The notes beneath the pieces are model-generated. The model did no database searches, was not told the DNA's origin, and saw only the letters and a program-made list of their open reading frames with translations. From a virus (lineage: Duplodnaviria; Caudoviricetes), in IMG/VR virus record IMGVR_UViG_3300025120_012119, positions 1 through 57,230 of that record: a stretch of 57,230 nucleotides of DNA; one strand, written 5' to 3'. The number at the start of each line of letters is the position of its first letter. Positions within the stretch are counted from its first letter, which is position 1. The position numbers were made by a program, and so were the translations under genes. Of this stretch, positions 29,293 through 39,103 are shown piece after piece.

Positions 29293-32223
29293 ATGAATTT
29301 TTTAGGATTACCATTTAACCCAGATGTAAAATTACAAATAGAAACAAGGCAAAAAGCTTTGGGTCAATATAATAATATTGATGAAAAATATCTTAAATCT
29401 TATACTAATAAAACCCCATTTGTAAGACTAGCAAGTTCAGTAAATGTAACTGATAAAGGTACTGATGGAGCTGCCTTAAATGTTTCAGTTTATCAAAAAT
29501 TAATAAATCAAGGTTTAACAGCAGAACAAATATCAGATGATAAGTTAGCGAGAAATTTTATATTACAAGGTGGTGTAGTATCATCAACAGGGGAAGATAG
29601 TTATTCAGGGTTACAAAAAGGTTTAAATGATGTTAAATCACCCTTTAATGGGGCTTATGGTTGGGGTGGTATATCAGAAAGAGGATATGTTCCCATGCCT
29701 GGTATTACTAATGCAGATATTACATTTTATAATAACGGTGCTTTAAGCAAAACAACAATTAATATTAAATGTTTTTCAAAAGCCCAATTTCAATTATTAG
29801 ATGTTTTATATCTAAGACCAGGCTATACTTTATTATTAGAATTTGGGTGGAGTCAATATTTAAATAATAATGATGAGCTAGTGTCAATGGATCAATTCTA
29901 TTCAGGTCCTTTAAGTTCCTTACTTAAGGGAGATATTAGTCAGTATGATTTATATACAAAAATAGATGAAGAAAAAACTAAACATAAGTACAACTATGAT
30001 GCTGTATTTGGTAAAATAACAAAATTTAATTGGCAATTTAACCCTGATGGAAGTTACGATTGTCAAGTTAATTTAACATCAGTAGGGGATGTTATTGAGT
30101 CTTTAAAAATGAATATAGCAAACCCTAATAAAGATACAACTAGTGAAGGTGAAGAAACAGAAGATGAAAATCCAAACCCACCACTAATTGCTAATAAATT
30201 TAAATCATTGTTAAACACAGAATTAGTTAACATATATGATCTAGCATCACAAGGAGTTGTAGATGGGAAACCAACACTTTTAGATTATGGTGTAGATTCT
30301 TTATATGATCCTTCAGGAAATATAAAAACACCACTATATCCAAATGCCTTATTAGCCATACCTGTAGAAGCAACAGATGAAAAAAATAACTTAACTCCTC
30401 AAGTTTATATGAAATATGGGGCATTAATGGCTTATATTCAATCTAAATTATTACTTTATAATAAAAAAACTAAAACACCAATTGTTAGTTTTGATATGAA
30501 TCTTGATGATCTTACTAAAGATGAAAATGTTATACTAACATTCCCAGGACAGTTTTCAGGTAACCCTAAAGTGTGTTTAATACCTTATACTAATTGTGCT
30601 GAACCTTTAATATCAATCCCATCAACAGATTTAAATGAATTATTAAATAAAGTTTCATATCCTTACCAAAGCGAGAATCCATATTTAGGAACACTAGCTA
30701 ATATAATGGTTAATACTGAGTATATAGAATCAACCTTTACATCCCAACCCCAAGATGATGAAGGTGATATTTATTTATTAGATTTTCTTAAGTCTCTAAA
30801 TAAGGGTATAATTGAAGCTTTAGGGGGTGTTAATAAATTTGATTGTAAATTATCTCAAGATGGTTTAAAAATTCAATTTATAGAAGAAATACCACAAAGA
30901 TTTTCAAACCCTCCAGCAAATACAGAATTTACAAGATTTAATGTATTTGGAGTAAAACCCGGTGTAGATGGTAGTTTTATTAGAAACATAAACTTAACAG
31001 CAGATTTGTCTAATGATTTTGCTACTATGATTTCAATAGGGGCTCAAGCAAATTCAAATCAAATATCAGCAAATGCAACTTCTTTTTCAAATTATAGTGC
31101 TGGGTTAAAAGATAGAATTATTGAAGAAAAAATCTCATCAGTTTCAAATGAAGAAACAGGAGGTAAAGAAACAACTTCCCAAGAAAAAGCTGTAGAAAAT
31201 TTTTATTATAATATTTACAATGAATCAGATGAAAATGTTCGTTTATTTTCAAATGTGTATAATAATTTAAAATTTATTGATGAAAATGTTTCAGCATTAA
31301 CATCACATAATCAAACCCATGCTAAATTATTATTAGGAATATTAACAGATGCTACAGCAGCAGAAGCAGCACAATTAGATGCACCCTTCTTTTTACCCTT
31401 TAATTTAAAATTAGAAATGGATGGAATATCAGGAATTAAATTATATCAAAAGTTTTTAATTACTAATGATATTTTACCACCATCTTATCAAGATGACAAT
31501 GTAGATTTACAAGTAACAGGAGTAAACCATAGTATTGATTCTAATGCTTGGATAACTAAATTAGATACATTATCAATCCCTAAGAATACTAGTAAGGGCG
31601 CAGTAAAAAGACCTACAGAACAAAAATCATTAAAAACAACTCAAAACTATGTTAGCGGTACTTCAAAACCACTGCCACCTAAATCAATAGTTGACCCACC
31701 AGAATCCTTAAATCCCGAAGCAATTGAAAGGTTTGATGCAATGCAAAAAGCATATAATGCTGTATTCCAAAGAGATGGTGCTGTTAGTGGTATGTGTGCT
31801 CAATGGACATATAACTTAGCAAGAGCATATTCTAAATTTTTAGCTAATGAACAAGCTGATATAGGAAGTAAATTAGCAGCTGGAGGTAATGCTAACCAAA
31901 ATAACGAATTCTTTAATAATTTAACTAAATTAGGGTATAATCAAACAAAAACAACAGGTATATCACGTAAAGAATGTATAGATACAGTAGCTAATACAAC
32001 TTGGGGTTATGGTGATGTAGTAGTTTACTATGCTAATGATAAACCATCATCTGGAAGTAATTCACATTATGTATATGGGCATGCTCAAATTTACGTAGGT
32101 AATATAAACACCTCAGGATGGTCAACCTCAACACAAACTAATTACAACACTGATATGGTGTATAAACAAAGAAAAAGTGATAATTGGGATATTTTAATAT
32201 TTAGAGCCCCAGAAACAGCATAA
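29293..32223 (+). CDS. Baseplate hub-like protein with a C-terminal CHAP/NlpC-like Cys-His hydrolase domain
   Basis: PMPGIT, LRPGYTLLLEFGWS, LEMDGISG (hub/late-control-D-like); C-terminal GMCAQWT..GGNAN..YGDVVVY..YGHAQIY. Confidence 0.65.
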   Translation: MNFLGLPFNPDVKLQIETRQKALGQYNNIDEKYLKSYTNKTPFVRLASSVNVTDKGTDGAALNVSVYQKLINQGLTAEQISDDKLARNFILQGGVVSSTGEDSYSGLQKGLNDVKSPFNGAYGWGGISERGYVPMPGITNADITFYNNGALSKTTINIKCFSKAQFQLLDVLYLRPGYTLLLEFGWSQYLNNNDELVSMDQFYSGPLSSLLKGDISQYDLYTKIDEEKTKHKYNYDAVFGKITKFNWQFNPDGSYDCQVNLTSVGDVIESLKMNIANPNKDTTSEGEETEDENPNPPLIANKFKSLLNTELVNIYDLASQGVVDGKPTLLDYGVDSLYDPSGNIKTPLYPNALLAIPVEATDEKNNLTPQVYMKYGALMAYIQSKLLLYNKKTKTPIVSFDMNLDDLTKDENVILTFPGQFSGNPKVCLIPYTNCAEPLISIPSTDLNELLNKVSYPYQSENPYLGTLANIMVNTEYIESTFTSQPQDDEGDIYLLDFLKSLNKGIIEALGGVNKFDCKLSQDGLKIQFIEEIPQRFSNPPANTEFTRFNVFGVKPGVDGSFIRNINLTADLSNDFATMISIGAQANSNQISANATSFSNYSAGLKDRIIEEKISSVSNEETGGKETTSQEKAVENFYYNIYNESDENVRLFSNVYNNLKFIDENVSALTSHNQTHAKLLLGILTDATAAEAAQLDAPFFLPFNLKLEMDGISGIKLYQKFLITNDILPPSYQDDNVDLQVTGVNHSIDSNAWITKLDTLSIPKNTSKGAVKRPTEQKSLKTTQNYVSGTSKPLPPKSIVDPPESLNPEAIERFDAMQKAYNAVFQRDGAVSGMCAQWTYNLARAYSKFLANEQADIGSKLAAGGNANQNNEFFNNLTKLGYNQTKTTGISRKECIDTVANTTWGYGDVVVYYANDKPSSGSNSHYVYGHAQIYVGNINTSGWSTSTQTNYNTDMVYKQRKSDNWDILIFRAPETA

Positions 32224-32224
32224 G

Positions 32225-32878
32225 ATGTATATACCAAAGAATAGAATATTAACTAATCAATACACTAGCGATAATAAGCTAATGATTAAAGAAACTCAAG
32301 AGTTTTATAGGGGATTTTACTATAAACAATTTGATGGAAAGTATTTTTCAGGTAAAACACCAAATAATCCACCTAATGTTGAATTAGTAGAAGTAGAAGA
32401 CACAGCAACAACATTTGAACCAGATGCTCTTCAAAGTCAAATAGCATATGGAGATTTTCCAACTATATTTAATAGTTTAGATACTCCAGGATATGATGAA
32501 GGTATGGTAGTAGATTATGCTAAACTTCAAAAAATTAATTTAGATCAATCAACAAGATTATTATTACCTAACCAATCATACCCAACCCCAACTATAGATG
32601 ATTATGAGTTAGGGGTATTTACTAGATATTTTTGTGTAAAAGTTAATCAACCAATTTATTTAGAATTAAATAAAAAAACATACGATAAATTAAAAAAGAA
32701 AGATGCTGAGTATTTATGGCAACCCTATAAATGTTTTAAAATTCAATGGACTATAACAGGTAATGAAGAAGAAGTGAGAAAAACAAATAACAATATAATT
32801 CTTATTCAAGAAAGAAAAAACGGAAAAATAGGTTTAGCTAGTTTTTTAAAATTTAATTTTACAAAATTTTACTTATAA
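32225..32878 (+). CDS. Hypothetical protein (end of the tail module)
   Basis: 217-aa ORF starting 1 nt after the previous stop, MYIPKN..YRGFYY..RYFCVK..IQWTITG. Confidence 0.65.
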   Translation: MYIPKNRILTNQYTSDNKLMIKETQEFYRGFYYKQFDGKYFSGKTPNNPPNVELVEVEDTATTFEPDALQSQIAYGDFPTIFNSLDTPGYDEGMVVDYAKLQKINLDQSTRLLLPNQSYPTPTIDDYELGVFTRYFCVKVNQPIYLELNKKTYDKLKKKDAEYLWQPYKCFKIQWTITGNEEEVRKTNNNIILIQERKNGKIGLASFLKFNFTKFYL

Positions 32879-32879
32879 T

Positions 32880-32908
32880 TTGGTTTAATTAATTTAGTTT
32901 CTTATATT
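32880..32908 (+). promoter_or_regulatory. TTGGTT-N17-TATATT promoter
   Basis: TTGGTT at 32880-32885, TATATT at 32903-32908; AAAAGTTATG overlaps the start codon. Confidence 0.65.
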
Positions 32909-32925
32909 AATCCAAAATAAAAGTT

Positions 32926-34185
32926 ATGTTTTGGTTAGTTGAGTCTAAAGAGCAATTAAAGACGTTTTATCAAAGTAGTTATAAAGAGGCATTTGTAGAG
33001 ATTATTCCATATAATAATAGAATTCATCCTACAAAAAACGAAGTATGTGCCATTTATATTCGTCCGTTATTAGCGACTAAGGGATATATTATCCCCATAT
33101 CACATGGAGAAACATTAACTGTTGATATAAACAACGTTAAACACGTATTAAACAAATATAATAAACTATATGTACGTGATAAAAAGGAATTTTTACATTA
33201 TTTTCCACTAAAAACTCTTTATGACATAACACTAAACTCTCATACGTATATACAACAATGGACACAAACCCACTCCTACTTTTATAGTAAAATGGAGGAG
33301 AAAAAAGATGTAAATAAAATAATACCAATTGTTAAACACTATGAGTATTGTGAAAATTTATATAATGAATTAAAAGATAAAATAAATATACCAATCAATG
33401 AATTTAACAACACAAAAACTACAGTGGTATTCAACGCCTTGGAGCGAAGTGGAATACGAATTAATAGAGAAGAATTTGAATCGCACTTTCACGCTATCGA
33501 TGGAGACATCACCTACACGCAATACAACTTTAAAACCCTTACAGGAAGACCAAGCAATAAATTTAAAGGAGTAAATTATGCCGCGCTTAACAAAGACAAC
33601 GGGAGCAGAAACTCTTTTATCCCTCGTAATAACACTTTTATTGAGTTTGACATTGGGGCTTATCATCCTACTCTTTTGGCTAAGTTGGTCGATTATGATT
33701 TTGGTGGTAAAGACATTCACATGGCCTTTGCGGAAATGTATGGAGTTGATTACAAAAAAGCAAAAGAATTAACATTTAAACAACTATACGGAGGAGTATT
33801 TGATCAATATAAAGATCTGGAATTTTTTAAAAAAGTTCAAGTATATACTGATGAGTTGTGGGCTCATTTTCAAAATGAAGGCTACATTGAATGTCCTATT
33901 TCTAAGCATATTTTCTTTAGAGATGAATTAGAAGATATGAAACCCCAAAAACTATTAAATTATCTACTACAAAACTTGGAGACATCATATAACGTCTGTA
34001 TATTATGGGAGATATTAAAATTGCTAAAAAACACGCAAACAAAGTTAGTACTTTATACTTACGATTCGTTTTTGTTTGATTTTGATAGTAATGAAAAAGA
34101 AATTTTAAATAAAATAGAAGAAGTATTTAATAAAAAGAAGTTACAAATAAAAACTAATTATGGAGACACTTACAATTTCAAATAA
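32926..34185 (+). CDS. Short, divergent family A DNA polymerase
   Basis: TGRPSN, motif A FIEFDIGAYHP, motif B YKKAKELTFKQLYG, LLNYLLQ, motif C YTYDSFLFD. Confidence 0.8.
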   Translation: MFWLVESKEQLKTFYQSSYKEAFVEIIPYNNRIHPTKNEVCAIYIRPLLATKGYIIPISHGETLTVDINNVKHVLNKYNKLYVRDKKEFLHYFPLKTLYDITLNSHTYIQQWTQTHSYFYSKMEEKKDVNKIIPIVKHYEYCENLYNELKDKINIPINEFNNTKTTVVFNALERSGIRINREEFESHFHAIDGDITYTQYNFKTLTGRPSNKFKGVNYAALNKDNGSRNSFIPRNNTFIEFDIGAYHPTLLAKLVDYDFGGKDIHMAFAEMYGVDYKKAKELTFKQLYGGVFDQYKDLEFFKKVQVYTDELWAHFQNEGYIECPISKHIFFRDELEDMKPQKLLNYLLQNLETSYNVCILWEILKLLKNTQTKLVLYTYDSFLFDFDSNEKEILNKIEEVFNKKKLQIKTNYGDTYNFK

Positions 34186-34633
34186 ATATGCTAATATGTA
34201 TACTGTAGACGACTTTCAGGAGTTGAATAACTTAAATTTTACAGATTTGAATAACAAATTATTTTGTACTTTTACAACACTTGAAGGGTTAGATGAATTA
34301 CTAGAACGTATATCTACAACTTATTCAATTCTATATAAAAAAATATTTGTATTGCATATAAAAAGCAATGACGAATATGTTTGTACCTACAATATAGAGC
34401 AAGGTAATACTGAAGGCTTACCAGCAAATACAATTATGGTACATCGTAAAAAAGATACTAATACATTATACACAATTAATGCTTTAAATGAATTAATTAA
34501 AAAGTTAAATGGGGGAGTAGTTGATACTAAATTTCCTATTGATTGGCAACATTATAGGAATACAGTTCTCCTAACTCAACATGATGAGTTAAAGCAACTA
34601 AAAACAAAAATATTCAAGATTATTGAACTATAG
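34160..34633 (+). CDS. Hypothetical phage protein (true start possibly ATG 34196 or TTG 34247)
   Basis: NKLFCTF..YVCTYNI..VHRKKDTNTLYTINALN; the listed start overlaps the end of the polymerase gene. Confidence 0.65.
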   Translation: METLTISNKYANMYTVDDFQELNNLNFTDLNNKLFCTFTTLEGLDELLERISTTYSILYKKIFVLHIKSNDEYVCTYNIEQGNTEGLPANTIMVHRKKDTNTLYTINALNELIKKLNGGVVDTKFPIDWQHYRNTVLLTQHDELKQLKTKIFKIIEL

Positions 34634-34634
34634 T

Positions 34635-34663
34635 TTGGTAGTTTGGATAGCAGTTCGTATATT
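34635..34663 (+). promoter_or_regulatory. TTGGTA-N17-TATATT promoter
   Basis: TTGGTA at 34635-34640; TCGTATATT ends at 34663. Confidence 0.7.
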
Positions 34664-34695
34664 AATATAGTTATTAAATAAAAAAGTTATAAAAC

Positions 34696-35529
34696 ATGGA
34701 TTTAAATGCAATTAAACAACGCCTTAATGATTTTCAGAAACAGGCGCAAAACAACACAGGTGGTCAATCTAAACAATTATTTTGGAAACCTTCAGTAGGT
34801 AAACAAGTCGTAAGAGTTGTTCCTAACAAATACAACAAAAAATTCCCTTTTACAGAAATGAAATTTTATTACGGAATTGGTAGTAAAAGAGTAATGGCTT
34901 CACCATCTAATTGGGGAGAAAAAGATCCAATTATGGATTTTGCAAAACAACTACGTCAAACAAATGATAGAGAAAATTGGAGATTAGCTAAAAAGTTAGA
35001 TCCTAAAACTCGTATATTTGCACCAGTTGTAGTAAGAGGACAAGAAGCTGAAGGTGTTAAGCTATGGCAATTTGGTAAAGAAGTTTATCAAGAATTTTTA
35101 AATATGGCGGCTGATGAAGAAATTGGTGATTACACTGATATTGTAGGAGGTAGAGATATTAAATTATCTACTGTAGGACCTGAAGTAACAGGAACACCTT
35201 ATAATAAAACATCTATTGGACCATCTTTAAAAACATCAACATTATCTGATGATGAAAAAGTTGTTGAAACATTGCTAAATGATCAAGCTGACCCAATGAA
35301 AGTATTTAAACCACTTTCTTATGATGATATGAAAGCTTCATTACAAGAATTTATTTCACCAGAAGGTGGGGATGAAGAAGGTTCAATTTCATCAGAACCA
35401 GCTGTACCATTTGATAGTGATAAAACATCAAACTATTCATTAGATACATCAGCATCTAAAAAATCAAAAGGACAACAATTTGATGATTTATTTTCTGATG
35501 ATAAGAAATCTGACGATTTACCATTTTAA
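34696..35529 (+). CDS. Single-stranded DNA-binding protein (gp32-like)
   Basis: FWKPSVGKQVVRVVP, GVKLWQFGKEVY, GRDIKL, acidic tail ending DDLPF; adjacent to the recombinase gene. Confidence 0.8.
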   Translation: MDLNAIKQRLNDFQKQAQNNTGGQSKQLFWKPSVGKQVVRVVPNKYNKKFPFTEMKFYYGIGSKRVMASPSNWGEKDPIMDFAKQLRQTNDRENWRLAKKLDPKTRIFAPVVVRGQEAEGVKLWQFGKEVYQEFLNMAADEEIGDYTDIVGGRDIKLSTVGPEVTGTPYNKTSIGPSLKTSTLSDDEKVVETLLNDQADPMKVFKPLSYDDMKASLQEFISPEGGDEEGSISSEPAVPFDSDKTSNYSLDTSASKKSKGQQFDDLFSDDKKSDDLPF

Positions 35530-35541
35530 TAAATAAAATAC

Positions 35542-36618
35542 ATGGCGAGAAAGAAAAAATCACTATCGGAGGCAGTCTCCTCAGAAATTAAAGCAAATTT
35601 TAATTTAGAAAGTTTTAAATCTAAAAAAGGACTAACATCAAAAGCTAAATTTAAAGAACAAGAATGGATTCCACTTTCTGAAGCATACCAAGAGATTACA
35701 TCAGTTCCAGGTATTCCTATGGGACATATTGTTTTACTTAGAGGTCATTCAGATACAGGTAAAACAACAGCTCTTTTAGAAGCAGCTGTGTCAGCTCAAA
35801 AACGTAAAGTTCTTCCTGTATTCATTATCACAGAAATGAAATGGAATTGGGAGCATGCTATCCAAATGGGATTAGAAGTAGATGAAGTTGTTGATGAAGA
35901 TACTGGTGAAGTTTTAGATTATACAGGTAATTTTGTTTATGTAGATAGAGAAACTATTAATTCTATTGAAGATGTTTCTGGTTTTATTTTAGATTTAATT
36001 GATGAGCAAAAGAAAGGTAATTTACCTTATGATTTATTATTCTTATGGGATTCAATTGGCTCAGTACCTTGTGAAATGTCACTTAAATCAAATAAAAATA
36101 ATAATGAATGGAATGCAGGTGCAATGTCTACTCAATTTGGTAATAGTGTAAATCAACGTATAGTATTATCACGTAAAGAATCATCACCTTATACTAACAC
36201 ATTAGTTGCTATTAATAAAGTGTGGACATTAAAAGCAGAATCACCAATGGGTAAACCAAAATTAATGAATAAAGGTGGTTATGCTATGTGGTTTGATTCT
36301 ACATTTGTAGTTACATTCGGTAATGTTATGTCAGCTGGAACTTCTAAAATTAAGGCTATTAAAGATGGTAAACAAGTTGAATTTGCTAAAAGAGTAAATC
36401 TTCAAGTTGATAAAAACCACATTAATGGTGTTACTACTAGAGGTAAAATTGTTATGACACCCCATGGTTTTATACTTGACAATGATAAATCATTAAAAGA
36501 GTATAAAGAAGAAATGAAAGACGAATGGAAAAAAATATTAGGTGGGGGTGATTTTGTAATTGCTGAAGAAGATCAAGCTTATACTGATATAACTTCTCAT
36601 ACAGACGAGCCACAATAA
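35542..36618 (+). CDS. uvsX: RecA/UvsX-like recombinase
   Basis: GIPMGHIVLLRGHSDTGKTT (Walker A), LFLWDSIGS (Walker B), GG..MWFDS, VDKNH. Confidence 0.85.
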   Translation: MARKKKSLSEAVSSEIKANFNLESFKSKKGLTSKAKFKEQEWIPLSEAYQEITSVPGIPMGHIVLLRGHSDTGKTTALLEAAVSAQKRKVLPVFIITEMKWNWEHAIQMGLEVDEVVDEDTGEVLDYTGNFVYVDRETINSIEDVSGFILDLIDEQKKGNLPYDLLFLWDSIGSVPCEMSLKSNKNNNEWNAGAMSTQFGNSVNQRIVLSRKESSPYTNTLVAINKVWTLKAESPMGKPKLMNKGGYAMWFDSTFVVTFGNVMSAGTSKIKAIKDGKQVEFAKRVNLQVDKNHINGVTTRGKIVMTPHGFILDNDKSLKEYKEEMKDEWKKILGGGDFVIAEEDQAYTDITSHTDEPQ

Positions 36619-36620
36619 AC

Positions 36621-36657
36621 TTTGATACCCGGAATATCTTTCGTATATTTCGGGTAT
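36621..36657 (+). promoter_or_regulatory. TTTGAT-N17-TATATT promoter embedded in an inverted repeat
   Basis: TTTGAT at 36621-36626, TATATT at 36644-36649; arms ATACCCGGAATAT / ATATTTCGGGTAT span 36625-36657. Confidence 0.65.
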
Positions 36658-36670
36658 AAAAACAAATCAA

Positions 36671-37696
36671 ATGAAACAGAAAGAGCTATTAAGCCTCCTC
36701 GATAATCTCGATGAGCAAGGGAAAGGAACTGTAGAAAGTCAAAGAATTTTAATGATTGATGGGTTAAATCTATTTTTTAGAAACTTTGCAATGATGAATA
36801 TGGTTAATCCTGATGGTGTCCATATTGGGGGTTTAGGTGGTTTTTTTAGATCTTTAGGAGCAGAAATTCGTAGAGTACAACCTACACAAGTTTATGTAGT
36901 ATTTGATGGAGCTGGATCAGCTAATGCTAGAAAAAATTTACTTCCTGAGTATAAATCTGGTAGAGATCTTCAACGTATTACTAATTGGGATGCTTTTGAT
37001 GATTTAGAAGATGAGCATGATGCTAAAGTAGACCAAATGGTAAGAATAATCCAATATCTAAAAACACTTCCAGTAAAAACAGTATCATTACCAAAAGTAG
37101 AAGCTGATGATATTATTGCATATATGGCTAGTATTATTCCAACTAAACCTGAAGATAAAGTATTTATAGTGTCTTCTGATAAAGATTTTTTACAACTAGT
37201 TAATGAAAATGTTATTGTATATCGCCCGATGGAAAAGGAATTTTACACTGAAGGTACTATACGAGAAAAATATAACATGCACCCACAAAATTTTATTATT
37301 CATAAAACATTGCTAGGGGATAATTCAGATAAAGTTAAAGGTGTTAAGGGGTTAGGTGAAAAGGGATTATTTAAAAAATTTCCTGAAATAACCCAAAAAA
37401 TCCTAACATTAGATGATGTGTATGATATTTGTGAAAAAAAATATAAAGATCATGTTGTATATGCTCGTATCATTCAACATTTTTCTGATTTAGAAAGAAA
37501 TTATAAAATAATGGATTTATCAAACCCTATGCTTGATGAGAATGATAAAAAATATTTAACTCAGGTTGTAGAAACTAATGATTATAATTATATTCCAGAG
37601 CAGTTTGTAGCATTTTATAATGAAGACAAATTGGGAGGAATGATACGTAATGTAGAGTTTTGGGTAAAAGATATTTTCGAAAAATTAAAGTTATAA
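36671..37696 (+). CDS. 5'-3' exonuclease / flap endonuclease (T4 RNase H / PolI N-domain-like)
   Basis: LMIDGLNLFFR, VVFDG, YKSGR, EADDII, SSDKDFLQL, GDNSDKVKGVKGLG. Confidence 0.92.
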   Translation: MKQKELLSLLDNLDEQGKGTVESQRILMIDGLNLFFRNFAMMNMVNPDGVHIGGLGGFFRSLGAEIRRVQPTQVYVVFDGAGSANARKNLLPEYKSGRDLQRITNWDAFDDLEDEHDAKVDQMVRIIQYLKTLPVKTVSLPKVEADDIIAYMASIIPTKPEDKVFIVSSDKDFLQLVNENVIVYRPMEKEFYTEGTIREKYNMHPQNFIIHKTLLGDNSDKVKGVKGLGEKGLFKKFPEITQKILTLDDVYDICEKKYKDHVVYARIIQHFSDLERNYKIMDLSNPMLDENDKKYLTQVVETNDYNYIPEQFVAFYNEDKLGGMIRNVEFWVKDIFEKLKL

Positions 37697-37709
37697 ATAA
37701 AACAGTTAT

Positions 37710-39086
37710 ATGACACTTACAAGTTTAAATTCATATGGTATTTCTTTTCAGATAAAAGTACTATCTTCATTATTAACACATAAAGAATTTTTAGTAAACA
37801 TTCATGATATTTTAAGTGAAGAATATTTTGATAATCAAGCTCATCAATGGGTTATAAAAGAAATTCTTAGGTATTATGATAAGTATCATACAACACCTTC
37901 AATGGATATTTTAAAGGTTGAAATTACTAAACTTGAAAATGAAGTTTTAAAACTATCTGTTAGAGAACAATTAAAAGCAGCATATTTAGCATCTGATGAA
38001 GATTTAGAATATGTGCAAGAAGAATTTTCTACTTTTTGCAAAAACCAACAATTAAAAAAAGCATTGCTTAATAGTGTAGATTTACTTAAAGCCGGGGATT
38101 TTGATGGTATTAAATATTTAGTAGAATCAGCATTAAAAGCAGGTAACGATAAAAATGTAGGACATGAATATAATAAAGACATTGAATCCCGTTTTAGAGA
38201 AGATGCAAGAAGTGTTGTTGCAACTCCTTGGGAAAGAATTAATGACATACTTCAAGGGGGTCTCGGAAATGGAGATTTTGGCCTTATATTTGGTAATCCA
38301 GGAGGTGGTAAATCTTGGTCACTAGTAGCATTAGGTGGATTTGCTGTTAGAGCAGGTTATAATGTATTACATTATACTTTAGAATTAGGTGAACAGTATG
38401 TAGGGAGAAGATATGATGCCTTTTTTAGTAAAATACCAGTAGATCAAGTATTACAAAATAGAGATAAAATAGAAGAAATTATTCCTGAAATTCCTGGTCA
38501 ATTAATTATTAAAGAATTTCCAACAGGCCGAGCAACAATTTCAACAATTGAATCACATATTCGTAAAGTAGAAGATTTAGGAACAAAAGCTGATTTAATA
38601 ATAATTGATTATGTAGACTTACTTTCAACAAAGAAACGAACTGCTGATCGTAAGGGGGAAATTGATGATATTTATACAAGCACTAAAGGACTTGCTAGAG
38701 AATTAGATGTACCAATTTGGTCAGTTTCTCAAGTAAATCGTGCGGGTGCAAAAGATGATGTGATTGAAGGAGACAAAGCAGCTGGATCATATGATAAAAT
38801 TATGATTACAGATTTTTGTCTATCTTTATCAAGAAAAGCAAAAGATAAGGTAAATGGGACTGGAAGGTTTCATATTATGAAAAATAGATATGGTATGGAT
38901 GGCTTAACATTTGGTGTAAAAGCTGACACAGCTACAGGCCATTTTGAAGTTCATGATTATAATCCTGATGATTATGAGTCTGATGAACCTAATTCAAATA
39001 GAATTCAAGGTGATTTTGATCCGTTTGAAAAGAAAATGCTTTCTAAGGTTGCAAGTTCATCTAAATTTTTCGACTTAAAACAATAA
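37710..39086 (+). CDS. dnaB: DnaB/gp41-like replicative helicase
   Basis: GNPGGGKS, YTLEL, LIIIDYVDLL, SQVNR, KNRYG. Confidence 0.9.
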   Translation: MTLTSLNSYGISFQIKVLSSLLTHKEFLVNIHDILSEEYFDNQAHQWVIKEILRYYDKYHTTPSMDILKVEITKLENEVLKLSVREQLKAAYLASDEDLEYVQEEFSTFCKNQQLKKALLNSVDLLKAGDFDGIKYLVESALKAGNDKNVGHEYNKDIESRFREDARSVVATPWERINDILQGGLGNGDFGLIFGNPGGGKSWSLVALGGFAVRAGYNVLHYTLELGEQYVGRRYDAFFSKIPVDQVLQNRDKIEEIIPEIPGQLIIKEFPTGRATISTIESHIRKVEDLGTKADLIIIDYVDLLSTKKRTADRKGEIDDIYTSTKGLARELDVPIWSVSQVNRAGAKDDVIEGDKAAGSYDKIMITDFCLSLSRKAKDKVNGTGRFHIMKNRYGMDGLTFGVKADTATGHFEVHDYNPDDYESDEPNSNRIQGDFDPFEKKMLSKVASSSKFFDLKQ

Positions 39087-39103
39087 AATAAAAAAAACTC
39101 ATT

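Noticed and set aside
19832-32223. Bacterial extracellular contractile injection system or tailocin rather than a phage
   Set aside because: Contiguous with phage-type replication, RNR, endolysin and DNA-modification genes on one strand, with no bacterial housekeeping context.
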